DNA of 64,000 bases. Origin: Perkinsela sp. CCAP 1560/9. Lineage: Eukaryota; Protista; Euglenozoa: Kinetoplastea. The DNA is taken from contig CBFFSA010000001.1 in the NCBI GenBank assembly GCA_965644495.1, positions 2,852,001 through 2,916,000 on the forward strand. The letters are read 5' to 3'. The notes beneath the pieces were generated by a model, which was not told where the DNA came from, did not search any database, and was given only the letters and a program-made list of their open reading frames with translations. Positions within the stretch are counted from its first letter, which is position 1. Each line of letters begins with the position of its first letter. The translations under genes were made by a program, and so were the position numbers. Shown here one piece after another: positions 44,242-55,206 of the stretch.

Positions 44242-45927
44242 TCAAAGAACTACTGGAGTAATGTCCAATCTCTTAAGATTATCATAGACTTGAGAACCTT
44301 CGTACAGTGGAAGTAGCCGTTGTATTTTTTCTATAACCTTGCGATGGGTGCACAAAGTCCTGCGCTCGAGTAGCCAATGCGACCAAAGAAGCACATACGG
44401 GTGAGAAACAGAAAACACACCAGGAAGAGCTCTTAACAGTTCTACTACCTGCTCTACCGACTTATCATTACTTGATTGTTTTTGATAATAGTCAAGCAAA
44501 CTTGAGTAAAGGTTCCCGGCGTCTATCCTCATGTAAGCAAGACTGCAAAAAATTCGTTGAATGTCCAATGGCTCAGATTTTGGGAGCACTGTATGTACTT
44601 GTTCTAGTACATCGGGAAGAAATTCTTGTGGAATAGTAGTGGGAAAATAGTGATTTTCAACGAACAGAAGAAAGCGGGCTAGAGATATGCTATCCATGCG
44701 GGAAACCTCTTTGCAAACGATTTGAACAACTTGTAATTTTTGTCTTGTATTGATCCATCGGTAGTTACGAACAAGTTCACGCAAGTGGTAGAGAGGGAGT
44801 GAGTCTGCGTCCTTTAATATAGTATTCAGCAAGTAGGGTATGATCTCATAACTAAATTGGAGGTCGAATTCGGGTCGACGAACTTGTGTGTGCTGTATGA
44901 AGAATAACGAATGCATCAAAGTAGCAACCATAAAAGGTGATAATTCTTTGATAATTCGACTAACGTCGCCGTGCTTGTCAAAACGAGTTAGATATTGACG
45001 AACCATCGTTATTGGCCGGGACGTTGCTGTTTCTACCAGTAAGTTTGTGAACCGAAAATGATTCAATACGACGCAGGTGCCATATTCATGATCAGCTTGG
45101 CCCCATGTTGCTTTCCATAGGTGTTCAAGTATTTTTTCAAAACAAGAATCTCCGTTTGCGATTCCCGGAACACGACGTAAATATTCTAGGAAAGCAAAGT
45201 AAGGATATAGCGAACTCTTTTGATATTCTTTAGTCCCAACGGGGTGACGCGCAACCCAATTTCTGCGTCCCGATATTTCGTTTGAAAAAAGAAAATCCAT
45301 TACTTTGGTCACGAGCTCAGATACCAAATCTGATGACATCGTTGGAGCGAAGCACGCAAAAACTTCTAAAAAGTAGCCGACTAGCGTCGAAGTCAGCTCT
45401 GAGAGCCTTGATAATACAAGAACCATGACATCGTGTGCTACAATACCTTTGATCATATTACGCACACCTGAATCAGCATAAAAAGGTTCACAAATTTCTT
45501 TACCTTTATTTATGATTTGTACAAGCTGAAGAATGCTCCCTTGGAATTCCTTTGAAGGCTCCACAACATAAGAAGCTGGGTTCTTTAAGTTTGACTTTAG
45601 ATGTTTCAACAACCGTTCAACATTTTCAAGACGACCAAGCAATAGCTCACGTGAGCGAATATCACCAAAGCCATTAAATTCTTTCTCTAAAGCAAAAACA
45701 ATTCTTTTCCAAGTAACGTCTGCATTCTCAATATTAGAAATTTGCATATTACCCACTATCTGCGAGCATGATTCGCTTTTCAAGATAGTTTTGCAATAGT
45801 AACGGAAAGCAGTTTGTCCCGAAAGTGAATAAATATCATAGTGTATTCTGTTAATGGAGCACCTTGGCCTGCAAATTCGGAATCGAAGCAATGAAGAACG
45901 AAGGCACTCTTTCGAATACGATCTCAT
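44242..45927 (-). CDS. hypothetical alpha-helical protein, possibly mitochondrial
   Basis: 561-aa ORF on the coding strand, R/S/L-rich N-terminus, helical-repeat-like C-terminus; family not recognised. Confidence 0.65.
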   Translation of the reverse strand: MRSYSKECLRSSLLRFRICRPRCSINRIHYDIYSLSGQTAFRYYCKTILKSESCSQIVGNMQISNIENADVTWKRIVFALEKEFNGFGDIRSRELLLGRLENVERLLKHLKSNLKNPASYVVEPSKEFQGSILQLVQIINKGKEICEPFYADSGVRNMIKGIVAHDVMVLVLSRLSELTSTLVGYFLEVFACFAPTMSSDLVSELVTKVMDFLFSNEISGRRNWVARHPVGTKEYQKSSLYPYFAFLEYLRRVPGIANGDSCFEKILEHLWKATWGQADHEYGTCVVLNHFRFTNLLVETATSRPITMVRQYLTRFDKHGDVSRIIKELSPFMVATLMHSLFFIQHTQVRRPEFDLQFSYEIIPYLLNTILKDADSLPLYHLRELVRNYRWINTRQKLQVVQIVCKEVSRMDSISLARFLLFVENHYFPTTIPQEFLPDVLEQVHTVLPKSEPLDIQRIFCSLAYMRIDAGNLYSSLLDYYQKQSSNDKSVEQVVELLRALPGVFSVSHPYVLLWSHWLLERRTLCTHRKVIEKIQRLLPLYEGSQVYDNLKRLDITPVVL

Positions 45928-46422
45928 TTACAGCGTATTGAGTTCACAGCCTTTGGAACGTCAGATCGACTATTGGCGAGCGACAGGTCTCGTGTTGAGT
46001 GAGATTACCATATCATTAAAAATACTCTATCAGTTTCACATCGATACATCTGTATTTTGTTTTAATATCGTTATGGTAAGCTTTACTAAAGAAGGCACAA
46101 GCTTTGCTCCGTTTAAAATAAGAGTCTTAACCACATCGCTGGTGATCATAACCAAGGCTCCTTTAAACAGGGTAGTAACAAAGCATTAAGTTAAGATCAC
46201 CAAAAGTAAAGATAATGAATTACCAATGTATAGGAAGTATATGATTCTGCCCCCCCAAAGCATTCGCCGGAATACTTCCAATACTGTGACTGTCCGCGCA
46301 TACCCGTTCAGATTAAGACTTGTAAAAGAGAAACTTCCCAACTCAAAAAAAACAATTCGGGCAAACAAAATCCGCCAAAAAGGTTTATATCATTATCATG
46401 CCTTATGAAGGTTTCACATATT

Positions 46423-48741
46423 CTACGAGGTTTCGAAAACGTTCCGTTCCCCAAAGTCACGACGAGTGTGTAACAATCTCTGAATTTCTTCAGCGGGTGG
46501 ATACTGACCGCGGCAATGCCACGGGGTATCCTTGTCGCAAATACGATTTCGTGAATCGGCCACCCACATCTTCGACGTCTGTGAGACATTCATCACTTGG
46601 TAGATACGGACCAGGCCATGGCGTGAAGTGTGAACATGTTGGAAAAAACGCGGGTCTGGCCCAGCTCCGTTGTCCCCTGCGCTATACAGTTGATAGAGCA
46701 AGGATTTCCTCATAGAGGCAGTAGGTCGCCCATCGGACATTAATCGGAAATTGCTGCAGAAAGGATCCTTCGGACACAGATCTTGGTACACGCTGGTACC
46801 AATGCGAGCCATCCAAGGCGCTTTAGCTGCGTCATCAGCACCCCCACCAGCCCAAACCAGCACATAATCAGCCAAATGACGGATCAAAGAATGTGCCTTC
46901 TTCTCAGGGGAGGTCAAACAATACCCCAGGAGCGCAATGTGCTCATGATTCCACGTGTTTCCGTCGGCCAAGGTGGTACGGTTGGAGATGCCCGTGATTT
47001 GGTACCCATAGTCCCACCAAGCCAGAATGCGCGCGTCCTCCGGGGTGTTGTCCCGGAGCCATTCGTAGGAGGCTAGGTAATCACGCAGTATTGTTTCTGT
47101 TTCTCTTCCGTAAGCATCTGCTACTCGCCCCTTGAAGACGATTTGGGGTTCACTGTGAGCTACGGCAACCTTTTCACAGTGGTCGACGAACTCACGTGCC
47201 TTAGGAAAAGCCATAGCGAGCAAAGTGCCGAGCGCTAGCATGCGAAATACCCGGAAAAACGACGTATCAGTGAAACGATGTCGACCAGGACGCCGTAGTT
47301 GGGAATCAAAACTAGAAGTAATTTGCGCCATAAACCAATCCAGCACGTAACCAATTGCAATGCCGCACAGTGCAGAGCATGGAACGCACATTAAAACAAT
47401 AAGTCTCGACATTTTAAGTGCAAAGAAATAGACCACCACGGCGGTTAAAGCGATGAAGCTCGATTGATGAAAGTTGTGAAAGGCGAGCGCCATCAGACCC
47501 CAGGGTGCGACGTAGTAGCCATAATGTAAATATAGCCAGAACGCATCAACAGTAGCAGGCTGGTGTTCCGCCACAGAATCTACCAAAGGATTGCCCGTTT
47601 TCGTATGCTGAACAAATAGACTTCGCACTCGTGCCGTCAGTGGTGCAAAATACCCCGCCGGGTAAAGAACCACGACCGCGGCCAGAAGCAAAATAAGAAA
47701 CACGAACACATAACCCAGCCGTATCCGCATCCCCCTTAGCGACCACAACGAGGCAACCCGAGCACGTCGGCGGTGCCGCTCCGACAAGTGCAGGAGCTGA
47801 AAAAACACAAAAACGAGAAGACCCGAGACCTGTTCAAGGGAGCGAAATGGACTGTACCCCACCGGGGGGACAAAAATCGCTAACGCGGTCCCAATGATAT
47901 AAAACACCGTATAGGAACGATACAGCTGGTCGCGATAGACACCCTGGAGCCAGTCTGTGATACACAACAAGGTGGCATGCAACGCAATCATGTTCGTAAC
48001 AAACACATAGCCGCCCCAGGTGGCGACCATGTACCCGTAGCTCACACCAGCCGCCAGGGGATAAAACCAGCACGAGGCCTTGGACTCTTTTCCCGACCGT
48101 GGTCGAAGAGAGCGAACCCAAAAGTAAAATGTGGCGCACATGGCAGAGATTGCAATGGCCTCGTTGTCAAACCAGCCCCCAATGGAGCGTACGATGTGTG
48201 CGGGAATCATGGCCATGACGAGTGCACCTATGGCCCCGGCCAGGGGTGATCCACTGCACTCCTGCGTGAGCCAGCCAAGAAACAACGTGGAGAGGCACCC
48301 AAACCAGGCAGGGATGTAGCAACAAACCTCTTTGAGGGTCAACGTAAATGAAGGGCCTAGAAAACCAAGAGCCTTGTAGATTGCGACAGCGGTAAGCGGG
48401 AGTCCAGGGTAGGTAGTGGAGCCTACAGGTCGGCCCAGGGGATACCACGATTGGTAGTCAAACCAGTGGAAGAATCTATCCCACCCGTTGTTAAGCAGAT
48501 ACTCGGCGGCACGGAAATTAAACCAGGGATCAAATTCATGAATCACCATTCCATATTCCTGTATCGCATGGAGTCGTATTTCAAAGGCTTTTTTGAGCGC
48601 AAAGGTAAAAAGGATGAAAATGAGTGTATAATACAGCACTTTTGTAACGTCGCAGCCGCGTTCCTTTTCAGATTCCGAGTTGCCAACAGGCAATCTTGAC
48701 GGTACGGATGATTGCCGTTTCTGCGACGGACTGCCACGCAT
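46423..48741 (-). CDS. STT3: oligosaccharyltransferase catalytic subunit STT3
   Basis: IHEFDPWFN, SWYPLGRPVG, FDNEAIAI, DSVAEHQP, LAWWDYGYQI, TTLADGNTWNHEHIA. Confidence 0.98.
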   Translation of the reverse strand: MRGSPSQKRQSSVPSRLPVGNSESEKERGCDVTKVLYYTLIFILFTFALKKAFEIRLHAIQEYGMVIHEFDPWFNFRAAEYLLNNGWDRFFHWFDYQSWYPLGRPVGSTTYPGLPLTAVAIYKALGFLGPSFTLTLKEVCCYIPAWFGCLSTLFLGWLTQECSGSPLAGAIGALVMAMIPAHIVRSIGGWFDNEAIAISAMCATFYFWVRSLRPRSGKESKASCWFYPLAAGVSYGYMVATWGGYVFVTNMIALHATLLCITDWLQGVYRDQLYRSYTVFYIIGTALAIFVPPVGYSPFRSLEQVSGLLVFVFFQLLHLSERHRRRARVASLWSLRGMRIRLGYVFVFLILLLAAVVVLYPAGYFAPLTARVRSLFVQHTKTGNPLVDSVAEHQPATVDAFWLYLHYGYYVAPWGLMALAFHNFHQSSFIALTAVVVYFFALKMSRLIVLMCVPCSALCGIAIGYVLDWFMAQITSSFDSQLRRPGRHRFTDTSFFRVFRMLALGTLLAMAFPKAREFVDHCEKVAVAHSEPQIVFKGRVADAYGRETETILRDYLASYEWLRDNTPEDARILAWWDYGYQITGISNRTTLADGNTWNHEHIALLGYCLTSPEKKAHSLIRHLADYVLVWAGGGADDAAKAPWMARIGTSVYQDLCPKDPFCSNFRLMSDGRPTASMRKSLLYQLYSAGDNGAGPDPRFFQHVHTSRHGLVRIYQVMNVSQTSKMWVADSRNRICDKDTPWHCRGQYPPAEEIQRLLHTRRDFGERNVFETS

Positions 48742-48995
48742 GTCAAAATCTCAGTAGCAAACCCGGAAAAATGTTTTCTACTTATAAAACACTAGTTTCG
48801 AAGCAGTTAAAATGTCCTATAGCAGCAATAGGAATGGGTAATTTAACCAAGAATGCGTTTAACTATCTGTATGTAAGCAACACTGGCAAAAATAATCCTA
48901 ATATTTTACTGACTATAGATAACAGAAAACGCAGAAGGCAAGTGTTTCTCATTCCCATTTCTCGTTTCATCAAGATATCATGCAGAAAAGTAATG

Positions 48996-49421
48996 TTAGG
49001 AATCTCGAAGCGGTGTGGGCATCACATTTTCTTCAAATTCAGGTTCCGAACCAGAGTCTTCTTCACTGTCGGGATACTTTTCCACAAGTTCCTTTAGTAC
49101 ATCGGAACGAAGTTTTGAACGGACCGCCTCAAGTTCTTCTGGTGAGTAATAATCGGCGATGTCTCTTCGTGAATGCCTTACTAGCGGATTACGGGAATCC
49201 GGAGGGGGCAAGTCAGAGTCCGCCGCGTTCGAATCTTGCCTTATTACTGGTGTATCGTCTTTCGATTGTGTGCACTCATATGTCCAATGTTCCGAAGATC
49301 CGCATTTTTGACAAAATGTTTTTCCTTTAATCGCATTTCTAGGCTTTGAGTAACCTTTCGGAGGAATATATTGTGCAGTACCCGCTTTTACACGTGTTCT
49401 CAAAACAGAGCTGTCATACAT
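48996..49421 (-). CDS. CCHC zinc-knuckle protein (ZCCHC10-like)
   Basis: CQKCGSSEHWTYEC; acidic C-terminus. Confidence 0.75.
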   Translation of the reverse strand: MYDSSVLRTRVKAGTAQYIPPKGYSKPRNAIKGKTFCQKCGSSEHWTYECTQSKDDTPVIRQDSNAADSDLPPPDSRNPLVRHSRRDIADYYSPEELEAVRSKLRSDVLKELVEKYPDSEEDSGSEPEFEENVMPTPLRDS

Positions 49422-49610
49422 GGTAGAGAAAAGCTTGATATTGAAATATTTAGCAAAATGTATTTATTAAATAAGCCCACATTTACTTGATAAATCAAAA
49501 TCGAATGGTAGGAAGGCCTCACTGTTATCAAATTGTCTGGTACATCTAAATTATATACATACTTACGTTACTTCCATACGTAGATACTGTACATAGATTA
49601 AAATTACATA

Positions 49611-50388
49611 CAGGGGCGGTTGTTGATCTTGCCCCCTCCTGGGAAATTTTAATTCTTTTATCCGTTTTCGCTTATCTTCGCAGCATTGAAGAGATCTCGT
49701 TCCCCTAGCGAAGCGCTTTGCCGCCTTTTTTTTATAGAGACCCCCTGATGCCCCCTGGGTCGAAAAAACACAGTTTTTTTGGGATTTGTTTTGTGCACAC
49801 AACCATTTTTTCCCCACACTTTCATATTTTTGTGGTTTATTTGAATGTGCATAAGCTTAAATAGACTTCTAATTTCTTTATGCTCAAGCAATATTTCTGT
49901 AGAAACATCAATAGCTGCTTAATAGAAATTTTTAAACCTCAACAACACGAATACAAGACCGACTAACCCTAAAAGTGGTGAATATGTAGAAGGGTGGAAA
50001 GAAAATAGGCAAAAATGTCGCACAGAAGAAAAAAGTATTAAACTCCATTGATTCGGTTCGCGATTCAAAAATTTCAATTCAAAAATTCGGCTTCGAAACG
50101 TACTGCAAAACAATGGAGAACGTTCTGGATATTGATTCGTTGTGGTCTTCTTCTAGGACAAACTTTTTTTTGTTGAAGACATTTTTTCTGAATATGATTA
50201 AGAATCCTAAATTTCCGATTTTTGTCAACTCTCGAGTCGCCGACAGGGCATCAGTGGGTCTCTATGAAAAAGAGGCGGCAAAGCGCTTAGCTCGGGGAAC
50301 GAGATCTCTTCAATGCAGCAAAGATGAGCAAAAACGGATAGAAAAATTAAAAATTCCCAGGAGGGGGCAAGATCAACAACCGCCCCTG
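49611..50388. mobile_element. TIR element with ~145-bp inverted repeats (CAGGGG termini)
   Basis: CAGGGGCGGTTGTTGATCTTGCCCCCTCCTGGGAA... versus ...TTCCCAGGAGGGGGCAAGATCAACAACCGCCCCTG; the ORF track shows mirror-image peptides on the two strands. TA on the left flank only. Confidence 0.8.
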
Positions 50389-50458
50389 GACGTGTATAAA
50401 AATATTTTATACATATTTTAAACACGTATGAATTGCCTAGTACGTAATTTACCCATTA

Positions 50459-51445
50459 TTATCCACCATACAATGCAGCCCCAAAACCAAACTGGAGTCC
50501 CAATTCAACGGACGCTATTAATATTTCAAAGAAAATCAGGATGATAACAATCCATTCGAGACGTGTAGCATGTCGCTGTTGAAACTGCCAGCTTATGGTA
50601 TCTAATGTGCTCATCGCGGCATCAAGCTTCTCATCTACTTCGTGAATACGAGCAGCAATACTGTATTCGGCATTGAGGTGCTCAAATAACGGCAAGTATC
50701 GGCTATGCTCCCAGAAAAAGTCAGGCTCTCCCACAAGTTCCGACTCGTTTCTTATCATCATACGATATTGAAAAATCTCACCTTTGAGCTGTCGTGCACG
50801 CAAACCGGATATTGATGCCTGACCACGCACCTTCATTTGGTACGGTAGAGGCCTACATTCCTGCAAAAGTCGGTCAACTAGATTTTCGACTACGTCCATT
50901 TTTACATTTTGAGCAAGACTATGACTGAAGGCTTGCTTTAAGGGAGATCTTTGGTTATGCAGTAGAAGACGATCGCGTTGCAAGGCTTCCGTAAAAGTAG
51001 CCGAAGTCCAAAGTTCATCCGCTCTGTAGCTGACAAACTCGCTAATAAGCCACAATGGAAACATTTGTTCCAGGATCCTTTGAGCGTATCGCTGCTGGAC
51101 CCATCGATGGTTGTACGTTTTCTGTAAGAAATCCCTGGCAATCGACTCAAAGCTTCGATGAGAGTTTCCCCACCACACCACGGAGCCATAGGCAAAGACA
51201 AACAAGTCAAACTCTGCCTCCACCATTGTCCTATATCCCGACCCGTGATGAAGGGAGCGATTTGTGACATGCAACACCCCATGAGTGATGATACTTCGGT
51301 AGTCTTGTCGTTTGTAATATGACGCAATTGAGGGAAGGTCTAGAGAGTCAGAGACGCAGAGAGCAGCAACTTTTCCCGGCGGAATCGGATCGGTGTCATA
51401 TGTACATGATTCTCGACTTAATTCACTCACATGGGGTTGTACCAT
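50459..51445 (-). CDS. RMD1/RMND1 (DUF155) family protein
   Basis: DLFVFAYGSVVWW, AFSHSLAQNVKM, EPDFFWE, I.ARI...DEKL, RLEWIVIILIFFEI. Confidence 0.9.
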   Translation of the reverse strand: MVQPHVSELSRESCTYDTDPIPPGKVAALCVSDSLDLPSIASYYKRQDYRSIITHGVLHVTNRSLHHGSGYRTMVEAEFDLFVFAYGSVVWWGNSHRSFESIARDFLQKTYNHRWVQQRYAQRILEQMFPLWLISEFVSYRADELWTSATFTEALQRDRLLLHNQRSPLKQAFSHSLAQNVKMDVVENLVDRLLQECRPLPYQMKVRGQASISGLRARQLKGEIFQYRMMIRNESELVGEPDFFWEHSRYLPLFEHLNAEYSIAARIHEVDEKLDAAMSTLDTISWQFQQRHATRLEWIVIILIFFEILIASVELGLQFGFGAALYGG

Positions 51446-51730
51446 TTCGGTCTAAGTGGAGGAAGTCGGATGACGTGCTAGGGTTACATCCATTGATTCG
51501 GAATAGCAAAAAATATCACTAATCGTTATATGAATATTTTGGTAAGTGGTGTGCGTGATGTAAACTACTGTAAAATTAAAACGATTAATACTTGTAAGCC
51601 TTGTTTTCACAGGTTTCCTACATTTTCAAATGTATTTTTCTTTAATGGGTCATCTCTCTAGCAATGAAGCAAGTAATATCTAGATTTCTTTATCTAAAAA
51701 AATAGCATAAATAACTTTAGCAAAAAAGAT

Positions 51731-53158
51731 CTAACGACGCAGAAAGCTGTAAGATCCCAATGCACCCAGAACGGCTCCGAGAACTCCACTTCCGACAACG
51801 GAGAGCACGAAAACCGTATCTCCATGTGGCTTGATGCGCCCCTGCACCGGGAGACAACGCCGATCGCTGGGGTGCACTACTGAGCCCGGGGGACACCCTT
51901 GCAAGGGACATGCAAGCCGAAAATGCGCACATTCGGGGCCTGGAAAAGTGTTCAACTCCGTACAGCGATGTTCCAATAGCCCAGCTGGATCAGCATAACA
52001 AAGTCCGTCGGGGCTCTTAGGAGCCGAAGTTTGTTCGAGCTGTGTGAGCCAGGAGTATACAGTAGGCGGCTCACACAAGGAATCGTGTCCCTCGGTGGAA
52101 AAACACGGAAGGTGAATTTGAAAGGACCTATAGGAGAAGCCGTTCGAAACCCGATGCGGGATCATGCGGTGTACCTGTATTTTCCCTTTTTTTGAAACTT
52201 CTATAGCAACGGCTTCGCCGAACATTGGGGAATTTAATGGGGACTCGTAGTTTCCCGGACGTAGAATTCCCATCGCCCCGTATATAGCTACCAGCGTTAC
52301 ATCATGTGCCGAATACTCATGAAAGTGTTGTCCGCATGACCCCAAGTTATTCTTAGCAATTTTCAGCACATGTGAGAGAAACGAATACCCAAGCGAGCCA
52401 ATTTTCCTGCGGAACTGCCCGTCGCTTGAGGTCGCATCTGGATTAATGCCAATAAGAATGGCGTGATAGTGCAAGTTTCGTCTCAGAAACCGAAGCAACT
52501 TCTCATAATTTCGCCCATACGAAGACGATGCAACGGTTATCTCATCACGTTCCGCCACTTCACAAGCAGCAGCATCGGCAGCGAGTCGAACACACGTTCC
52601 AGGATGTTTGAAACATACGGCTTCACTAATATTCGTCATACGAGCAATGTCTCCCATACTTTCTTTAGAGAACGTCTCCTGTGCTTCGATATCACACTTT
52701 CGATTAATGACAAGAGTCGGATTCCGTAGCCGTACTGCCGGTGGTTTTATGAGAAGCAAATCATCCTGAAAAACGGGGGAGACCTTAACGTCCGGAAAAT
52801 CTTCCGGTGGAAACAAACTCTGCAAAAGTAATGTGGCCGAATTCCGTGTACGATCAAAATCTGTGCTGCGTGCGCTCATGGTAAACGGATCCCAATGTTC
52901 AGAAAGAATTTTCCCGTACCGTTTTCGTAAGAATTTGCCAAGTGCTTTCATCATAGATTTTCCTAGTGGTGTGAGCGATGTGCTCGTATAGATTAGGTCA
53001 CCGTTTTCGGTCATATTTGCTGGAGATCGAACACCGTGCCTATGTAGCACAAAAATTTGCCGAATTGAATCCTCATCGGATTCATCAGTGGAGTTCCACA
53101 GCGGTGGTACGTTAAAGCACAAGGTGCTCCATACGACAAGTAGCAGGACGATCCCCAT
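51731..53158 (-). CDS. membrane-anchored histidine acid phosphatase
   Basis: Signal peptide, HRHGVRSP, RSTDFDRT, YSAHDVT, Cys-rich stalk, C-terminal TM segment. Confidence 0.92.
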   Translation of the reverse strand: MGIVLLLVVWSTLCFNVPPLWNSTDESDEDSIRQIFVLHRHGVRSPANMTENGDLIYTSTSLTPLGKSMMKALGKFLRKRYGKILSEHWDPFTMSARSTDFDRTRNSATLLLQSLFPPEDFPDVKVSPVFQDDLLLIKPPAVRLRNPTLVINRKCDIEAQETFSKESMGDIARMTNISEAVCFKHPGTCVRLAADAAACEVAERDEITVASSSYGRNYEKLLRFLRRNLHYHAILIGINPDATSSDGQFRRKIGSLGYSFLSHVLKIAKNNLGSCGQHFHEYSAHDVTLVAIYGAMGILRPGNYESPLNSPMFGEAVAIEVSKKGKIQVHRMIPHRVSNGFSYRSFQIHLPCFSTEGHDSLCEPPTVYSWLTQLEQTSAPKSPDGLCYADPAGLLEHRCTELNTFPGPECAHFRLACPLQGCPPGSVVHPSDRRCLPVQGRIKPHGDTVFVLSVVGSGVLGAVLGALGSYSFLRR

Positions 53159-53890
53159 TGCTCATCGATCCAATCACAAAACTCAAATCCCCAAAGCCTG
53201 TTGCTGTGTAATGTGAAGAAAACGTGCTACCTGTACTGTTGATTCTTCTCAATTCGCATTCAGTAACATTTAATTAATAGTTACCGAAACGAACAAGCAC
53301 TAAGTACAGTGTAAAGCACTCTAATAATCATTTATTCGAAAACAAAATGTTACGATTTGTAAGAGCAGATATGGTCAAGAATCAAAATTTAAACACTCTT
53401 TAGTATGTAGGGGAATGTTAACCAAGTTTGGTGAAATGTTTGAAATCTTCTTATTTCGTTGATGTATGGACGTTCTCAGCGCAAGATGCTTCGAGTATCA
53501 AGGATGTTTCAAATAAGCCATGAAAAGTATCATCATAATAAATCGATTCTCTTGATATTAAGAAAAAACTTTTGTCTCAATATTTATCATAAATCGATTT
53601 TATGTGTCAGTGAGTTGACGACAGTTACACCAATCAGGACGGTCTTCCGCCCCAGCTGAAAACTTATATCCGGACCCGGATTTTAATATTGAGTATGCGT
53701 TGCTCTGGTTTGTTACACATTAATTTCCTTTGCTATTGAAATTGCGATCAGCAAAATTACATGTACACTGATTTGACTATGCGTCAATAAATAGCACTGT
53801 CCGCCCACTCATAGTGCCGCGGATTTTGGCCACACGGTACTATAAGTGGGGGGCACTCGAAGTCGTGAAAAAATAATTTCATATTATATA

Positions 53891-54575
53891 CTGTACCCCC
53901 CCCCGTTTATAATAGCCTCGCTTTTGCCCAAATGAACCTATAAAGGGGGGGGGGCGATTAAAGGTTGCCACAGAAAGCGCCCTGCATTTGGGGGCGAGGA
54001 ACCAGGAATTATTCAATCGCTCAGTGGGCCCCGGCCCTCTTCCAAAGTAAAATGTCCAGCACGAACACGCGCCATACCTCGAACCATATGAAAAAAATAT
54101 CAAAATATTTAAGACGGTGCAAGAAAATTAAAAAAAATCTTCCCCAGTTTGCCCAAAAAAAGAACCTATAAACATACCTTTGCGGGTCCCCCGGGTCCAT
54201 GCGGGTCTACGCCCGGGTCCATGGACCCACGGACCCGCTCTTCGACAAGTTGCGTAATATTTTTACGAAGATATTTCTAGTACGCTCAATACTACTTGAG
54301 GTTTTAGTCGGGGATAAAGTGTGCAGCTAAAATACGTTGTCCAAAATCTTACATCACTCATCATGCTCACTTCAGGGTTGAATGAAATTTTCTGTTTCAC
54401 GCTTACCATAGTTCGGAATGATCATTGACTCTTTCTGTTTCATGTTAGATTACAAAGCGTTTTTTGCAAAGCGGGTCCATGCGGGTCCATGGACCCGCGA
54501 AAGGTATCCCGCCCCTTATTATAAATTATAATAAAAGGGGAGGGGTCGAAGCTATTATAAACAGGGGGGGTACAG
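53891..54575. mobile_element. TA-flanked MITE with a second TIR element nested at 54177-54504
   Basis: TA|CTGTACCCCCCCCCGTTTATAATAGC ... GCTATTATAAACAGGGGGGGTACAG|TA. Inner element: TA|CCTTTGCGGGTCC ... GGACCCGCGAAAGG|TA with GGGTCC sub-repeats. Confidence 0.8.
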
Positions 54576-55206
54576 TACTTAAATTTTCGAAACATACATA
54601 AAATCCGGAAACTAAGTAAAAATCCGGAAAAATGGCACTAGTGGGGGGATCACGGTAATATGCTCGAAGTAAGAGTCATAACCAGATTCCTTCAGATTCC
54701 TAATTTCAATATACGTGGGAGCTTAGCTTTCTTCTTGGCTACCCTAGTTAGATGTCAAAGTGAGATGACGCCCACAACTATGCCATTCTGAAATTCAAAA
54801 GGAAAAAGTATGTTTTCTAATATATTAAAAAATCTTTGAAGGCCTCTAGTACAGCTATGCTCGGCCCCCCATCGTGTTCCCTCAGAGGGGAATGCCTCCC
54901 CGCGCCGGTAGGAGGAAGTATAATACGAGTAATCAGTACATAGACTACTGATTCCTGTTTTTCCCCCAATAAAGCAGTTCGCAGATCGATTTCGATGTAC
55001 TCTACTGTCCAAGAACCCTACTATCCAACTGAAAACTCTACTATCCAAGAAGTTTTTATAACTACCATAATTTAGCAGTACTCCATTTAGCAGTACTCCT
55101 TTCGTCATACTCGAATCGAGTATGACCATCGAGTCGATGGTGATGCGCGAGCTTATAAGAGCCACGCACTGTTTCTTTTTCACTACTGCTACTGAGCATT
55201 CAGTAG

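Noticed and set aside
49563-50425. Two similar small ORFs on opposite strands as paralogous genes
   Set aside because: They are translations of the two TIRs of one non-coding element.
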